Notes: a model not told the origin generated them from the sequence alone. A stretch of DNA of 64,000 bases from Candidatus Latescibacterota bacterium (GCA_965204375.1 OZ241986.1:2848001-2912000); one strand, 5' to 3'. Counted from the stretch's first letter, positions 20,255 to 30,332 are shown. Numbers and translations: made by a program.

Positions 20255-20283
20255 AGGATGAAGTGTGAAGGATGAAGTGTGAA
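20246..20283 (+). repeat. Heptamer tandem repeat (GAAGTGT/GAAGGAT alternating) overlapping the AKR stop codon
   Basis: GAAGTGT GAAGGAT GAAGTGT GAAGGAT GAAGTGT GAA. Confidence 0.85.
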
Positions 20284-20292
20284 TATTCATCC

Positions 20293-20318
20293 GTAGGGGC
20301 GACCCCCTGTGGTCGCCC
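20293..20318 (+). repeat. GTAG-type REP hairpin
   Basis: GTAG-GGGCGACC-CCCTGT-GGTCGCCC. Confidence 0.8.
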
Positions 20319-20466
20319 GAGCATCACAATATTAGGACACAAACTTTGCGTTGCCAACCGAGCAAAACTTTGGCATCATGCAAAAAGAGAGCATTGGACT
20401 CTGGCATTTTTCTTTTATAGACCAGGCCAGATCTGACAAACAACCATCCTTAGAAAGGAATTTATC

Positions 20467-20889
20467 ATGCTCAAGCAAATAGTCGGTGCAATTCTCACTA
20501 TTGTAGGGGTAGCGGTTGCCATCCACACCGTCATAGAACCGCTCTATCACGCCTCCAGCGATGGTCAGCCATACAGCCCATTTTGGGACATCCTGAATCT
20601 GTTGATGATACTATCAATCGTACTGGGCCTGATATTCGGATATACCCGCAAGAAAAGCGTTGATAGCGGCGACGCCATCACCCGCGAATACCTCGCCGCC
20701 AACATCCAGTTCTACGGCTTATTATTCGTCGGCATCCTGTTTTTCTGGAACTATTTCAATCTCCACAGTGATGCATTTACCGCAATAGGAGAAGAAACCG
20801 TATCTTTCGTGTGGATACTCATCGACGCCAGCCTCCCGCTACTTTTAGGCGCGACGGGCATATCCCTGCTGCGAAGCAACGACGAGTAA
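20467..20889 (+). CDS. Hypothetical 4-TM membrane protein
   Basis: AAGGA RBS; four hydrophobic segments. Confidence 0.7.
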   Translation: MLKQIVGAILTIVGVAVAIHTVIEPLYHASSDGQPYSPFWDILNLLMILSIVLGLIFGYTRKKSVDSGDAITREYLAANIQFYGLLFVGILFFWNYFNLHSDAFTAIGEETVSFVWILIDASLPLLLGATGISLLRSNDE

Positions 20890-20890
20890 A

Positions 20891-21259
20891 GTGGCGCAAC
20901 TACTATTCATAGCTGGCGGAGGTGCTCTGGGAGCCTTATTGCGCTATGGGATGTCCATGAGCATACACATCCTGTTCGGGCGCGGCTTTCCCTATGGCAC
21001 GCTCACGGTAAACGTCACCGGATCGATCCTCATGGGACTCCTTTACGTATGCCTCTCTGAATATATGGATATGCCCTGGCGCGATGGCCTGCTAATAGGT
21101 CTCCTGGGAGCGTTCACCACTTTTTCGACCTTTTCCATCGAAACCCTGCACTTGCTGGAAACGAATCACCCTGTACTCGCATTGCTGAACATCCTCTTAA
21201 GCGTCACCCTCTGCATCGCGGGGTGCTGGATCGGCATCGCAATCGGACGAGCACTATAA
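20891..21259 (+). CDS. crcB: Fluoride efflux channel Fluc/CrcB
   Basis: GGALGALLRY, FPYGTLTVN, GLLGAFTTFSTF. Confidence 0.95.
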   Translation: MAQLLFIAGGGALGALLRYGMSMSIHILFGRGFPYGTLTVNVTGSILMGLLYVCLSEYMDMPWRDGLLIGLLGAFTTFSTFSIETLHLLETNHPVLALLNILLSVTLCIAGCWIGIAIGRAL

Positions 21260-21337
21260 AGGAATTTATCATACCAAAAAAATTAAATCCAAAAGAACAC
21301 TCTGACCAATGGCGTGTATAAACAGCACAGACAGAAG

Positions 21338-21356
21338 ACAGTTACAAACAGTTACA
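21338..21356 (+). promoter_or_regulatory. 10-bp-period direct repeat upstream of the creD-like gene; candidate OmpR-family box
   Basis: ACAGTTACA-A-ACAGTTACA just before the RBS. Confidence 0.4.
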
Positions 21357-21370
21357 TAAAGGAGAATTTC

Positions 21371-22591
21371 ATGGTCAAACGCATCATCGCCATTGGCATC
21401 ATCTTTTTCTGCATCGCAGTGGGCTGGATTATTCTGAGTGCCACCACCTACATACGCACAGAGGAACAGGACGACAAGCTCAAAAGTGCTGTGGGACACC
21501 TCTGGGGCACAGCGCAGACCCAGCGAGCACCGCAAATCTACTGGCTGGAGCGCGTCACCCATATCGAAACCATCGACGGCGAGTCTGTCTCGCGCACAGT
21601 AGAGGAGAAACATCTCCTGAACCTCAAAGCCAGTCGCATTGAAGTTGACCTCTCTTTGGAACACCGGCGCAAAGGCTTGCTGTGGTACTCCACCTACAAG
21701 GTCCAATTCGCAGCCTCTTACACCCTGATCAACCCCACCGACCAGAACCGGCACCTGTACTTCGACCTGGAACTGCCCGCCCCGCAGGCAGTGTACGACG
21801 ACTTCACCTTAACCGTTGACGGCCAATCCATTGCCGAACTCCCAATCCGCAACGGTCATTTAATCCAACCCATCGATCTATCACCTGGACAGGAACTCTC
21901 CATTGACCTCTCCTATCACTCCCAGGGCCTGGACGAATGGCGATACAGTTTTGGGGACCACGTCAACCAGGTATCGGACTTTGAACTGGTGATGCATACG
22001 GACTTCGCCGCCATTGACTTTCCCCAAAACAGCATGTCTCCCACCTCGAGGACCCGCGATGGCGACGCCTGGACCCTGACGTGGAAATACAATCATCTTC
22101 TCACCGGCATTGACCTGGGAATGATCCTCCCGGCCCGTCTCAATCCCGGACCCTGGGTCGGCAAAGTCGTTGCCGCCGCCCCCATCTCCCTCTTTCTTTT
22201 TTTCTTTTTGCTCTTTATCTTTTCCATTGTGCGCGGCCTCGACCTGCACCCGATGCACTATTTCTTCATCGGTGCCGCCTTCTTCAGTTTTCACCTGGTA
22301 CTGGCTTATCTGGTTGACCACCTGATCATCCACTACGCATTTGTCCTGTCTTCGGCGGTCTCCATTGCCCTCGTCATCTCGTACATGAGACTGGTCCTGG
22401 GCACGCGCCTGGCATTTGTCGAAATTGGCCTGGGGCAATTTGTCTATCTCGTGATGTTTTCCTACACCTTTTTCTTTCCAGGCTACACCGGACTGGCCGT
22501 CACCCTCTTGTGTATTGCGACCCTATTCGCTGTCATGCAATTCACTGGCCGCATCGACTGGAACACAGTATTTAATAAGGAATCACTGTAA
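21371..22591 (+). CDS. CreD-like inner membrane protein
   Basis: N-terminal TM, periplasmic domain, C-terminal TM bundle with LHPMHY; AAGGAG RBS. Confidence 0.7.
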   Translation: MVKRIIAIGIIFFCIAVGWIILSATTYIRTEEQDDKLKSAVGHLWGTAQTQRAPQIYWLERVTHIETIDGESVSRTVEEKHLLNLKASRIEVDLSLEHRRKGLLWYSTYKVQFAASYTLINPTDQNRHLYFDLELPAPQAVYDDFTLTVDGQSIAELPIRNGHLIQPIDLSPGQELSIDLSYHSQGLDEWRYSFGDHVNQVSDFELVMHTDFAAIDFPQNSMSPTSRTRDGDAWTLTWKYNHLLTGIDLGMILPARLNPGPWVGKVVAAAPISLFLFFFLLFIFSIVRGLDLHPMHYFFIGAAFFSFHLVLAYLVDHLIIHYAFVLSSAVSIALVISYMRLVLGTRLAFVEIGLGQFVYLVMFSYTFFFPGYTGLAVTLLCIATLFAVMQFTGRIDWNTVFNKESL

Positions 22592-24027
22592 TGAGTATAT
22601 CAGTAGAGAAAATCGATCTCAACGTTTTGAACATGCACACGCGATTTCCGTTTAAATACGGAATAGCATCGCTCGTGGCATTGCCCCATTTATTTGTGCG
22701 AGCGCGGGTCAAAGTCGCTGGAAAAACAGAAATTGGATTGGCTGCAGAGGGATTGCCGCCAAAGTGGTTCACCAAAAATCCAGACGCGCCATTTGAGTCT
22801 GATCTGGATGAAATGCTCACCGTTATTCAAAATGCCTGTGATATCGCCCTGCACAGCGATACAGAAAATTCGGTATTTGATCTCTGGAAAACGATTTATG
22901 CCAAACAGCGCACCTGGGCAAAAACAACGGCCTATCCGCCGCTCTTATGGTCATTCGGCGTCAGCATGATCGAACGCGCAGTGATCGACGCCTTCTGCAG
23001 GGCAAAAGGCGTGACATTTGCACAGGCAGTAAAAGAAAATGTATTGGACATTCGCCTTGCCGATATCCACGGCGAATTGCACGGCAATGCCCCTGGCGAT
23101 CTCTTGCCACACGCGGCGCGGCGATCAATCACCGTGCGGCACACCGTGGGCCTCGCCGATCCCTTGACCGACGAGGACATCGCGGACGAAGACCGCGTAG
23201 ATGACGGCCTGCCCCAATCATTAGCCGCAAATATCGAAGCCTATCAGTTGACACATCTAAAAATTAAGCTGTGCGGCGACGCAGAACAGGACCTTGCTCG
23301 CCTTCGGCAAATCGCGGACCTGATGCCCGATCAATGCGCCTTCACACTCGATGGCAACGAACAGTACACAGAGGTCGAACCCTTTAGAAATCTCTGGAAC
23401 ACCATTCAAGGTGATACAGTGCTCTCGTCTTTTATGGAAGGACTGATCTTTGTCGAGCAACCCCTTCACCGCGACATGGCCCTCAGCGCAACCGTCAAAT
23501 CCGTATTGACAGATTGGACCGACCGTCCCCCGATGATCATCGACGAATCCGACGGCGCACTCGACAGCGCAACGCAGGCATTGGATTGCGGGTACGTGGG
23601 CACGAGCCACAAAAACTGTAAAGGCATTTTCAAGGGCATTGCCAATGCGTGCTTAATCGCCCATCGCCAACAACGCGACCCCTCGGGAACATATATCTTA
23701 AGCAGTGAAGACCTCGCCAATGTCGGCCCCGTGGCTCTGTTGCAGGACCTCGCGGTACTCGCTGTATTGGGCGTAGATCACTCAGAGCGCAACGGACATC
23801 ACTATTTTGCGGGCCTGGACATGTATCCCGAAGCCATCCAAAAACAAGTACTCGCCCATCACAGCACCCTTTATCGCCAACACGCGCGGGGCTTTCCCAT
23901 TCTAAATGTGCACAATGGCACACTCAACGTAGAAAGCGTCGTCGAAGCACCATTTGGTTATGGCTTTGAACTGGACACCCTTCAATTTACCCCCCTCGCG
24001 GACTGGACCATAGATGAATTGACCTGA
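22591..24027 (+). CDS. Enolase-superfamily (mandelate racemase-like) protein
   Basis: KIKL, LDGNE, VEQP, IDES motif series. Confidence 0.7.
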   Translation: MSISVEKIDLNVLNMHTRFPFKYGIASLVALPHLFVRARVKVAGKTEIGLAAEGLPPKWFTKNPDAPFESDLDEMLTVIQNACDIALHSDTENSVFDLWKTIYAKQRTWAKTTAYPPLLWSFGVSMIERAVIDAFCRAKGVTFAQAVKENVLDIRLADIHGELHGNAPGDLLPHAARRSITVRHTVGLADPLTDEDIADEDRVDDGLPQSLAANIEAYQLTHLKIKLCGDAEQDLARLRQIADLMPDQCAFTLDGNEQYTEVEPFRNLWNTIQGDTVLSSFMEGLIFVEQPLHRDMALSATVKSVLTDWTDRPPMIIDESDGALDSATQALDCGYVGTSHKNCKGIFKGIANACLIAHRQQRDPSGTYILSSEDLANVGPVALLQDLAVLAVLGVDHSERNGHHYFAGLDMYPEAIQKQVLAHHSTLYRQHARGFPILNVHNGTLNVESVVEAPFGYGFELDTLQFTPLADWTIDELT

Positions 24028-24066
24028 GAACGACTCATTGTACCCCGTTGTCTTCGCAGTGTGACA

Positions 24067-24100
24067 TAATCCGTGTAATCCTTTAATCCCCTTAATCGGC
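24067..24100 (+). repeat. Degenerate 8-9-mer tandem repeat (TAATCC core)
   Basis: TAATCCGTG TAATCCTT TAATCCCCT TAATCG. Confidence 0.6.
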
Positions 24101-24109
24101 GATCAAACA

Positions 24110-25471
24110 ATGACCATAAACTGGCACCACATCGAAAAAGAAGTAACGAATTTCTTACAACACCTGATTCGGTGTAACACGACCAATCCTCCGGGCAATG
24201 AAATCCTGTGTGCAAATTATATTGCCGATATATTGAAGCGCGAGGGCATTGATCCTGTGATCACAGAATCAGAACCCGGACGCGGAAATGTCACAGCGCG
24301 CTTAAAAGGTGGAAACGCGCCCGCGCTCATGCTATTGGGACATACAGACGTCGTCGCCGTAGAACCCGATAAATGGTCGCGCGATCCTTTCGGAGGAGAA
24401 TTGCACAACGGCTATATCTGGGGGCGCGGCGCACTGGACATGAAAAACATGGTCGCGGCAGAACTCATGGTCTTCTTGCTCTTGAAACGGCAGGGAGTGG
24501 CACTAAACCGCGACGTAATCTATGCGGCAACCGCAGATGAAGAAGCCGGCAGAGGAAACCACGGCATCGGTTGGCTCATCGATCACCATCCCGAACAAGT
24601 CAATGCAAAATACGTATTGACAGAAGGCGGAGGCGGTGATTTTTATGTAAATGGAAAACACTTTTATACGTGTCAAACGGGACAAAAGGGCATTTTTCGC
24701 TTTCGACTAAAAGCAAAAGGACGCCCAGGACACGGCTCCCGTCCACACCGCGACAATGCAGTCGTCAAACTCAGCCGCGCCATTGCTGCTTTGGGACAGG
24801 CAAAACTTCCAATGCACCCCTCTAAAACACTGCGCGCGTTTTTAGAAGGCATTGCAGCGACGCAAGACAATGAGACTGCACAACAGTTGCGTCGAGTACT
24901 CGATGCAGAAAACAGTGAGAACGCATTGCAAAAATTGCCCCTCGGTTCAGATATGATCGCCTCACTGCGTGCCCTATTGCAAAATACGATTTCGCCGACG
25001 ATCCTGGAAGCAGGCAGTAAAATCAATGTCATACCCGCCGAAGCAACTGCGCGGATCGATGGCCGGCTCGCGCCCGGTCAGACCGACAAAAGCTTTGAAG
25101 CCGAAATCCGATCCTCGATTGGCGACGAAATTGAGCTTATTGTGGACCAGTATAGCCCACCTTTAGAAGCCAGTACAGATTCGCCCCTATATGAAACCAT
25201 CGTCCATGTAATGGCAGAACGAGACCCAGACGCCACCGTAGTCCCCGCGCTAATGACCGGAGGCACAGACGCCAAGCATATTTGTCCGCGCTGGCCCCAC
25301 GTACAGGTTTACGGATTTATGCCCCACCGACAAGTGCGGGAAGAAAAAGAAATGAATCTGATACACGGACATAACGAGCGCACCTCAGTCGAAAATCTCG
25401 TCTTTGCAACGCGGATTTTATACGATATTGTAACGCGATTTTGCCAATCCTCACCGGGAGATAACGCATGA
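24110..25471 (+). CDS. M20 family metallopeptidase/deacylase
   Basis: GHTDVV, GRGALDMK, ADEE, GHGS, GGTDAK, HGHNER. Confidence 0.93.
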   Translation: MTINWHHIEKEVTNFLQHLIRCNTTNPPGNEILCANYIADILKREGIDPVITESEPGRGNVTARLKGGNAPALMLLGHTDVVAVEPDKWSRDPFGGELHNGYIWGRGALDMKNMVAAELMVFLLLKRQGVALNRDVIYAATADEEAGRGNHGIGWLIDHHPEQVNAKYVLTEGGGGDFYVNGKHFYTCQTGQKGIFRFRLKAKGRPGHGSRPHRDNAVVKLSRAIAALGQAKLPMHPSKTLRAFLEGIAATQDNETAQQLRRVLDAENSENALQKLPLGSDMIASLRALLQNTISPTILEAGSKINVIPAEATARIDGRLAPGQTDKSFEAEIRSSIGDEIELIVDQYSPPLEASTDSPLYETIVHVMAERDPDATVVPALMTGGTDAKHICPRWPHVQVYGFMPHRQVREEKEMNLIHGHNERTSVENLVFATRILYDIVTRFCQSSPGDNA

Positions 25472-26436
25472 AAATTCTGGTGACAGATTATGCCTGGGCA
25501 AATTTAGACGTCGAAAAAAGTGTCCTAAGTGAAATCGGAGCCGAACTCATTCCCGCACCCGATGGCGAAGAAGAAACACTTGTCCAATTGGCGCAGGGAT
25601 GCTGTGGCATCATGACCTGCTGGGCGCAAACAACGCGCGCGGTTATCGCATCTGCATTGCCCGATCTGAAAGTAATCGTGCGATACGGCGTAGGACTGGA
25701 CAATATCGATGTAGCCTATGCAACCGAACAGGGCATTCCCGTAGCCAATGTGCCCGATTATTGTTTTATCGACGTAGCCGAACAAACCATGGCCCTGCTA
25801 TTGGGACTTTCGCACAAAGTCGCGCAATTTGACCGGCTAATTCGCAACGGCACATGGGATATTCAGGCGGGCTTGCCCCTGCGGCGTTTGACCGGTCAGG
25901 CACTCGGCTTGATCGGCTTTGGACAAATTGCGCGCGAAGTCGTTCCCCGCGCACGGGCTTTTGGGCTACATGTATTGGCCTACTCGCGGTCTTTGACACC
26001 AGAACAAGCGCGCGCCTGTGGCGCCGAATCCACAGACCTGGACACCTTGCTTCGCACATCGGATTTCGTATCGCTCCACTGCCCATCTACCGATGAAACG
26101 CGAAGCCTGATCAATGCCGACAACCTCTCAAAAATGAAGCCAACAGCGTGTTTGATCAACACATCGCGGGGCGATATTATCGATGAAGCCGCACTCCTCG
26201 CGGCATTGAAAAATAACACCCTTGCGGGTGCTGCCCTCGATGTGCGATGCCAAGAACCGCCCGAAACAGGAGATCGTTTAATCCATACAGACCGGGTAAT
26301 TCACAGCCCGCATTCGGCTTTTTATTCGGAAGAATCGCTCGTAGAATTGGAAAAAAAAGCCGCCTGGGAAGCACGGCGAGTCCTGACGGGAAAAGCACCT
26401 GTGCATCTGGTCAATCCGGAATATGAGAATCAGTAA
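25468..26436 (+). CDS. D-2-hydroxyacid dehydrogenase (CtBP-like)
   Basis: GVGLDNID, GLIGFGQI, INTSRG, SPHSAFYS. Confidence 0.92.
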   Translation: MKILVTDYAWANLDVEKSVLSEIGAELIPAPDGEEETLVQLAQGCCGIMTCWAQTTRAVIASALPDLKVIVRYGVGLDNIDVAYATEQGIPVANVPDYCFIDVAEQTMALLLGLSHKVAQFDRLIRNGTWDIQAGLPLRRLTGQALGLIGFGQIAREVVPRARAFGLHVLAYSRSLTPEQARACGAESTDLDTLLRTSDFVSLHCPSTDETRSLINADNLSKMKPTACLINTSRGDIIDEAALLAALKNNTLAGAALDVRCQEPPETGDRLIHTDRVIHSPHSAFYSEESLVELEKKAAWEARRVLTGKAPVHLVNPEYENQ

Positions 26437-26452
26437 CCAAAGGAGTATCAGC

Positions 26453-27442
26453 GTGAGCAAACCAAACGTGGGTATTGTGATTCGGAAATCGCTCAGAGAA
26501 AGAATATTGAGCGATTGGGATTTAGAGAAATTGGAAAGTTTTGCAAATGTGACAATCAACGACGAAGACCGCGATATCGTAGATGGTGAAGCGGCTGAAT
26601 TCCTGAAGGGAATGGACGGGGCGATGACGAGTTGGAACTCGGGAGACTTGACGCCTGCGATTCTGGAAGGCGTGCCAACGCTAAAAATTTGGGCTTATGG
26701 CGCGGGCACAGTAAAAGGGAAAATCTGCGATGAAGCGTGGGAAAAAGACATTGTGGTAACAAGTGCCGCACCTGCAATTGCCGACGATGTCGCGGAAATG
26801 ACCATGGGATTCATGACCATGGGATTGCGCCGGGTATTTTCCCATTCGCGCGCCATGCGAGAAGGCGAGAAAAAACCGGACAAGACCGAATCCCGCTCGC
26901 TATATCGGCGCACAGTTGGCGTCATCAGTGCCAGTCAGGTTGGGCAGCGCGTGATGCGGTTATTGCGCCCCTATCAGACGCGCATATTGCTCTACGACCC
27001 CTTTGTAACGCCAGAGCGCGCAGAGGAATTTGGCGCAGAACTCGCGGACCTGGAGACAATAGCGCGCGAGGCAGAAGTCGTAACCGTTCACGCACCCAAA
27101 TTGGACGCGACATATCACCTCTGGAATGAGACGCATTTCAAACTCATGCGCGACGACTGCGTATTTATCAATACATCGCGCGGGGCAAATATCGACGAAG
27201 CCGCGCTAATCGCAGAATTGCAAAAAGGCCGATTCTCCGCCTTTTTAGACGTAACCGATCCCGAACCGCCTGCTATGGACAGCCCACTGCGCCGTTTGCC
27301 CAACGTGGTCTTAACGCCGCATTGCGCCGGGCTACAATCCTATCGCATCGGCGCAATGGTGGTCGAAGAATTGCGCCGATTTTTTGCGAACGAAGACCAA
27401 CAGTTTCAAGTCAAACGAGAAATGCTGGATCGGCTGGCATAG
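26453..27442 (+). CDS. D-2-hydroxyacid dehydrogenase family protein
   Basis: AGGAG RBS then GTG; [21 protein letters not shown]. Confidence 0.9.
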   Translation: MSKPNVGIVIRKSLRERILSDWDLEKLESFANVTINDEDRDIVDGEAAEFLKGMDGAMTSWNSGDLTPAILEGVPTLKIWAYGAGTVKGKICDEAWEKDIVVTSAAPAIADDVAEMTMGFMTMGLRRVFSHSRAMREGEKKPDKTESRSLYRRTVGVISASQVGQRVMRLLRPYQTRILLYDPFVTPERAEEFGAELADLETIAREAEVVTVHAPKLDATYHLWNETHFKLMRDDCVFINTSRGANIDEAALIAELQKGRFSAFLDVTDPEPPAMDSPLRRLPNVVLTPHCAGLQSYRIGAMVVEELRRFFANEDQQFQVKREMLDRLA

Positions 27443-27449
27443 GAAGGAT

Positions 27450-27941
27450 ATGATGCAAAAACGCGTAGATTATTTATCCTGGGATGAGTATTTTATGGGC
27501 GTAGCCCTCCTATCGGCTCTCCGCAGCAAAGACCCCAATACACAGGTAGGCGCATGTATTATCAATGAAAAAAAGAAAATCGTGGGCATTGGATACAACG
27601 GATTGCCCATTGGATGTTCGGACGATGAGTTTCCCTGGGACAGAGAAGGCGATTTTCTCGACACAAAATATCCCTATATCTGCCATGCAGAATTAAATGC
27701 AATTTTGAACAAAATCAGTGCAGACTTGCATGAATGCACGCTTTACGTCACCTTATTTCCGTGCAATGAATGTGCAAAAGTAATTATTCAGTCGGGCATT
27801 CGCGAAGTGATCTATCTGGCGAATAAATATCCAAAATCCGATTCCGTAAAAGCCACCTACCGCATGTTTAACAGTGCAGGCATTCGCTATCGCGCACTAA
27901 AGGAATATAGAGAGCGCGTTGTCCTTGATTTCAGAGTCTGA
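27450..27941 (+). CDS. dCMP deaminase
   Basis: [28 protein letters not shown]. Confidence 0.93.
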   Translation: MMQKRVDYLSWDEYFMGVALLSALRSKDPNTQVGACIINEKKKIVGIGYNGLPIGCSDDEFPWDREGDFLDTKYPYICHAELNAILNKISADLHECTLYVTLFPCNECAKVIIQSGIREVIYLANKYPKSDSVKATYRMFNSAGIRYRALKEYRERVVLDFRV

Positions 27942-27948
27942 GGCGGTC

Positions 27949-28980
27949 ATGGCATCTCCGACACTTCAAAATAGCATGGACACCAAAGCATTGCCAGGCG
28001 CATCCGATTTGAAACGCGCACTCGTGGATGTTTTATATCGCAGGCAGTTTGGTGCATTGCTAATTTTGGGCATTGATTCCCTCAATCGGGTGCCCGGGGA
28101 CAATATGAGACAAGCGCTTAAAGTGCTAAATTCCATTGTTATTCCCGCCCCTGATAGCTTTCGCATAGCAGATGACCAAATCGCCGTACTTTTTGATGCC
28201 GATGGTACGCGTGTTCAGGAAATTCCACCATCTCTGCCCGCTGCGATTGCCGAGCAAATAGGACACCGCGTATCTTGCGGTGGTATTAAAATCTCGAGTG
28301 AGGATTATGGCCTGCAACCCCAAATGTCCGAGATAATCTTTTCCACGACCCAATGCGTACTCGCCCGGGCAAAACGGCACGCGATCCCGCATGTGGTCTG
28401 GCTGACCGAAAAATCCGCAGAGGATACATCATATCTAACGGATATTTCCCTGAACTTCTTTCGAGAAATAGCACGTATCAACGCCGCGCGAGTGCAAAGA
28501 ATGACACTGGAATCGCGCACAGATTTTTTGACAGGCCTTTACAATCGGCGTGGTTTTGAAGCAGTATTTACACGTATGGTGCGCCGCGCAAATCGCAATG
28601 GAAAGCCCCTCGCGCTCTACTACATAGATTCCGATTCACTCAAGACCATCAACGACAGCAAAGGACACAATGCAGGCGACCGATTTATTGCAGATTTGGC
28701 GCAGGTATTGAGCGACATGCTGCGCGGATCCGATTTGTTGTCGCGGTTGGCGGGAGATGAATTTGCTGCGGTGGTTGAAAATACGCCGAGAGCGCGTGCT
28801 TATGCAATCGCCCGCCGTTTGAACCGGGCCGTTGATGAACGCACAGAAGGCACGATATCCATTGGGGTTTATCACGGCGTACCCGAATCAACGGAAGACG
28901 CCCTCAAAAAAGCAGACGCCGCCCTTTACCGCGTAAAAAACCGCGGAAAAAATGATATAGAACTGGCTGACCCTGTTTAG
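27949..28980 (+). CDS. GGDEF-domain protein (diguanylate cyclase-like, AGDEF)
   Basis: DFLTGLYNRR, KTINDSKGHNAGD, RLAGDEF, ADAALYRVK. Confidence 0.88.
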   Translation: MASPTLQNSMDTKALPGASDLKRALVDVLYRRQFGALLILGIDSLNRVPGDNMRQALKVLNSIVIPAPDSFRIADDQIAVLFDADGTRVQEIPPSLPAAIAEQIGHRVSCGGIKISSEDYGLQPQMSEIIFSTTQCVLARAKRHAIPHVVWLTEKSAEDTSYLTDISLNFFREIARINAARVQRMTLESRTDFLTGLYNRRGFEAVFTRMVRRANRNGKPLALYYIDSDSLKTINDSKGHNAGDRFIADLAQVLSDMLRGSDLLSRLAGDEFAAVVENTPRARAYAIARRLNRAVDERTEGTISIGVYHGVPESTEDALKKADAALYRVKNRGKNDIELADPV

Positions 28981-29052
28981 AAACCCGAAACGGGGTTGCA
29001 TCGTCGTATTTAGTGTCCCCTCATCCGCCCGTTCATATTAAGGAGAAGTACG

Positions 29053-29595
29053 ATGCCAAAAAAGAAACGCTATGGAATGAATAAATACCAGAAAAGAGCA
29101 AAAAAGGTAGGCGAACTTCGGTTGCGACGAGAAGATATTCCGCATTATCTCGCACTGGCGGAGAGCGACGACCCGACAGACCGACACGAAGCCGCTGCCA
29201 ATTTATGTCCGTGTCATGTGCGGCATCCCGTTCCCGAAATACAGACCGCACTATTCAAACTCATGGAAGACCCAGATCCAAACGTGCGCGCCCGCGCCTG
29301 GCACACGCTGGAAGATGGCGGCGTACCCGACGACCCGAGAATGGATGAAATTTTTGAACGCGCCCGTCAAAATGAAACCGATAAGACAGTCCTGAACTTT
29401 ATGCGACAGGTGCAAAACGAAAATTACGCGCACAAAGAACGCACCATGCTCAAAGTCGCCGCCCAATCGGAATACGATCAGACTGGCCGATGCGATTTTT
29501 GCGGAACAACTGGCAGGGTAAAAACAGATTTTGACACCGAAATACCCGACATGGGGCAGATGCGCTTTGCATTGGTATGTGAAGACTGTGGATAA
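29053..29595 (+). CDS. HEAT-like repeat protein with C-terminal zinc ribbon
   Basis: LCPCHV, DPDPNVRARA, CDFC...CEDC; AAGGAG RBS. Confidence 0.75.
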   Translation: MPKKKRYGMNKYQKRAKKVGELRLRREDIPHYLALAESDDPTDRHEAAANLCPCHVRHPVPEIQTALFKLMEDPDPNVRARAWHTLEDGGVPDDPRMDEIFERARQNETDKTVLNFMRQVQNENYAHKERTMLKVAAQSEYDQTGRCDFCGTTGRVKTDFDTEIPDMGQMRFALVCEDCG

Positions 29596-29678
29596 GACGT
29601 GAGAGAGCATCCCCTTGACGCGGTGTTGTTCTCTCACTTTCACGTCTTAATTCTCACCTTTTTGAAAGGATTTTTTTT

Positions 29679-29933
29679 ATGATCGAAGGACCATCAGAAA
29701 TTGAGTATCCGTGTCCATGGAATTTTAAGATCATTGGCCGCGAAGAAGAACACATGCGTCGGGCGATAGCCGAAATTGTGGGCGACAGCGATTATACCCT
29801 GACCTTTTCAAATCAGAGCAGGCATGGGAAGTATCGCAGCTTAAACCTGGATATGGTCGTCCTCAACGAATCCCACCGTCTCAATATCTTTGAGGCACTC
29901 AGACATCATCGCAGTATTCAAATAGTTCTTTAA
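29679..29933 (+). CDS. DUF493 (YbeD/HP0495-like) protein
   Basis: IEYPCPWNFKIIG, SRHGKYRSL. Confidence 0.85.
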   Translation: MIEGPSEIEYPCPWNFKIIGREEEHMRRAIAEIVGDSDYTLTFSNQSRHGKYRSLNLDMVVLNESHRLNIFEALRHHRSIQIVL

Positions 29934-30009
29934 ATCCACTTGTTTTCCCTATTTTACCTTGACAATCCACTCTGTTTCTTGCACTTTTTACAGCTTGCAA
30001 TCTTTGCTT

Positions 30010-30026
30010 ATTACGGCTGTCGTAAT
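30010..30026 (+). promoter_or_regulatory. Candidate HigA operator palindrome
   Basis: ATTACG-GCTGT-CGTAAT, 12 nt upstream of the higB ATG. Confidence 0.55.
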
Positions 30027-30038
30027 GATAGAAACTGT

Positions 30039-30323
30039 ATGATTCAGTCCTTTGCCGACAGGCGCACCGCGAACGTCTTTAGAGGTCTAATAGATGGCTC
30101 TTTTCCGCCTTCGATCCTGAAGCGAGCAGGGAGCAAGTTAGACCGGATCAACTACGCGACAAGCATCAATGACCTCCGGGTGCCACCGGGAAACCGCCTC
30201 GAACGGTTAGTCGGAGACCGCGAAGGGCAGCACAGCATTCGCGTCTCTCGGGGCTGGCGTATATGCTTTGTCTGGCGAGATGGAGACGCATTTGAGGTGG
30301 AATTAAACAACCACTACGATTGA
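30039..30323 (+). CDS. higB: HigB (RelE-family) toxin
   Basis: MIQSFAD, DLRVPPGNRLERL.GDR.GQHSIRV...WRICF.W. Confidence 0.93.
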   Translation: MIQSFADRRTANVFRGLIDGSFPPSILKRAGSKLDRINYATSINDLRVPPGNRLERLVGDREGQHSIRVSRGWRICFVWRDGDAFEVELNNHYD

Positions 30324-30332
30324 GGATAAAAA

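Noticed and set aside
20320-20890. Fluoride riboswitch upstream of crcB
   Set aside because: No GGCGATGG-type aptamer pattern in the intergenic DNA; crcB directly abuts the upstream gene
27450-27941. dCMP deaminase as an anti-phage nucleotide-depletion system
   Set aside because: Short housekeeping-type enzyme with no fused kinase domain, located in a metabolic gene run
28978-29005. c-di-GMP-I riboswitch after the GGDEF gene
   Set aside because: Only a short GAAA-containing hairpin; the second stem and conserved flanks are missing, so a simple hairpin is more likely
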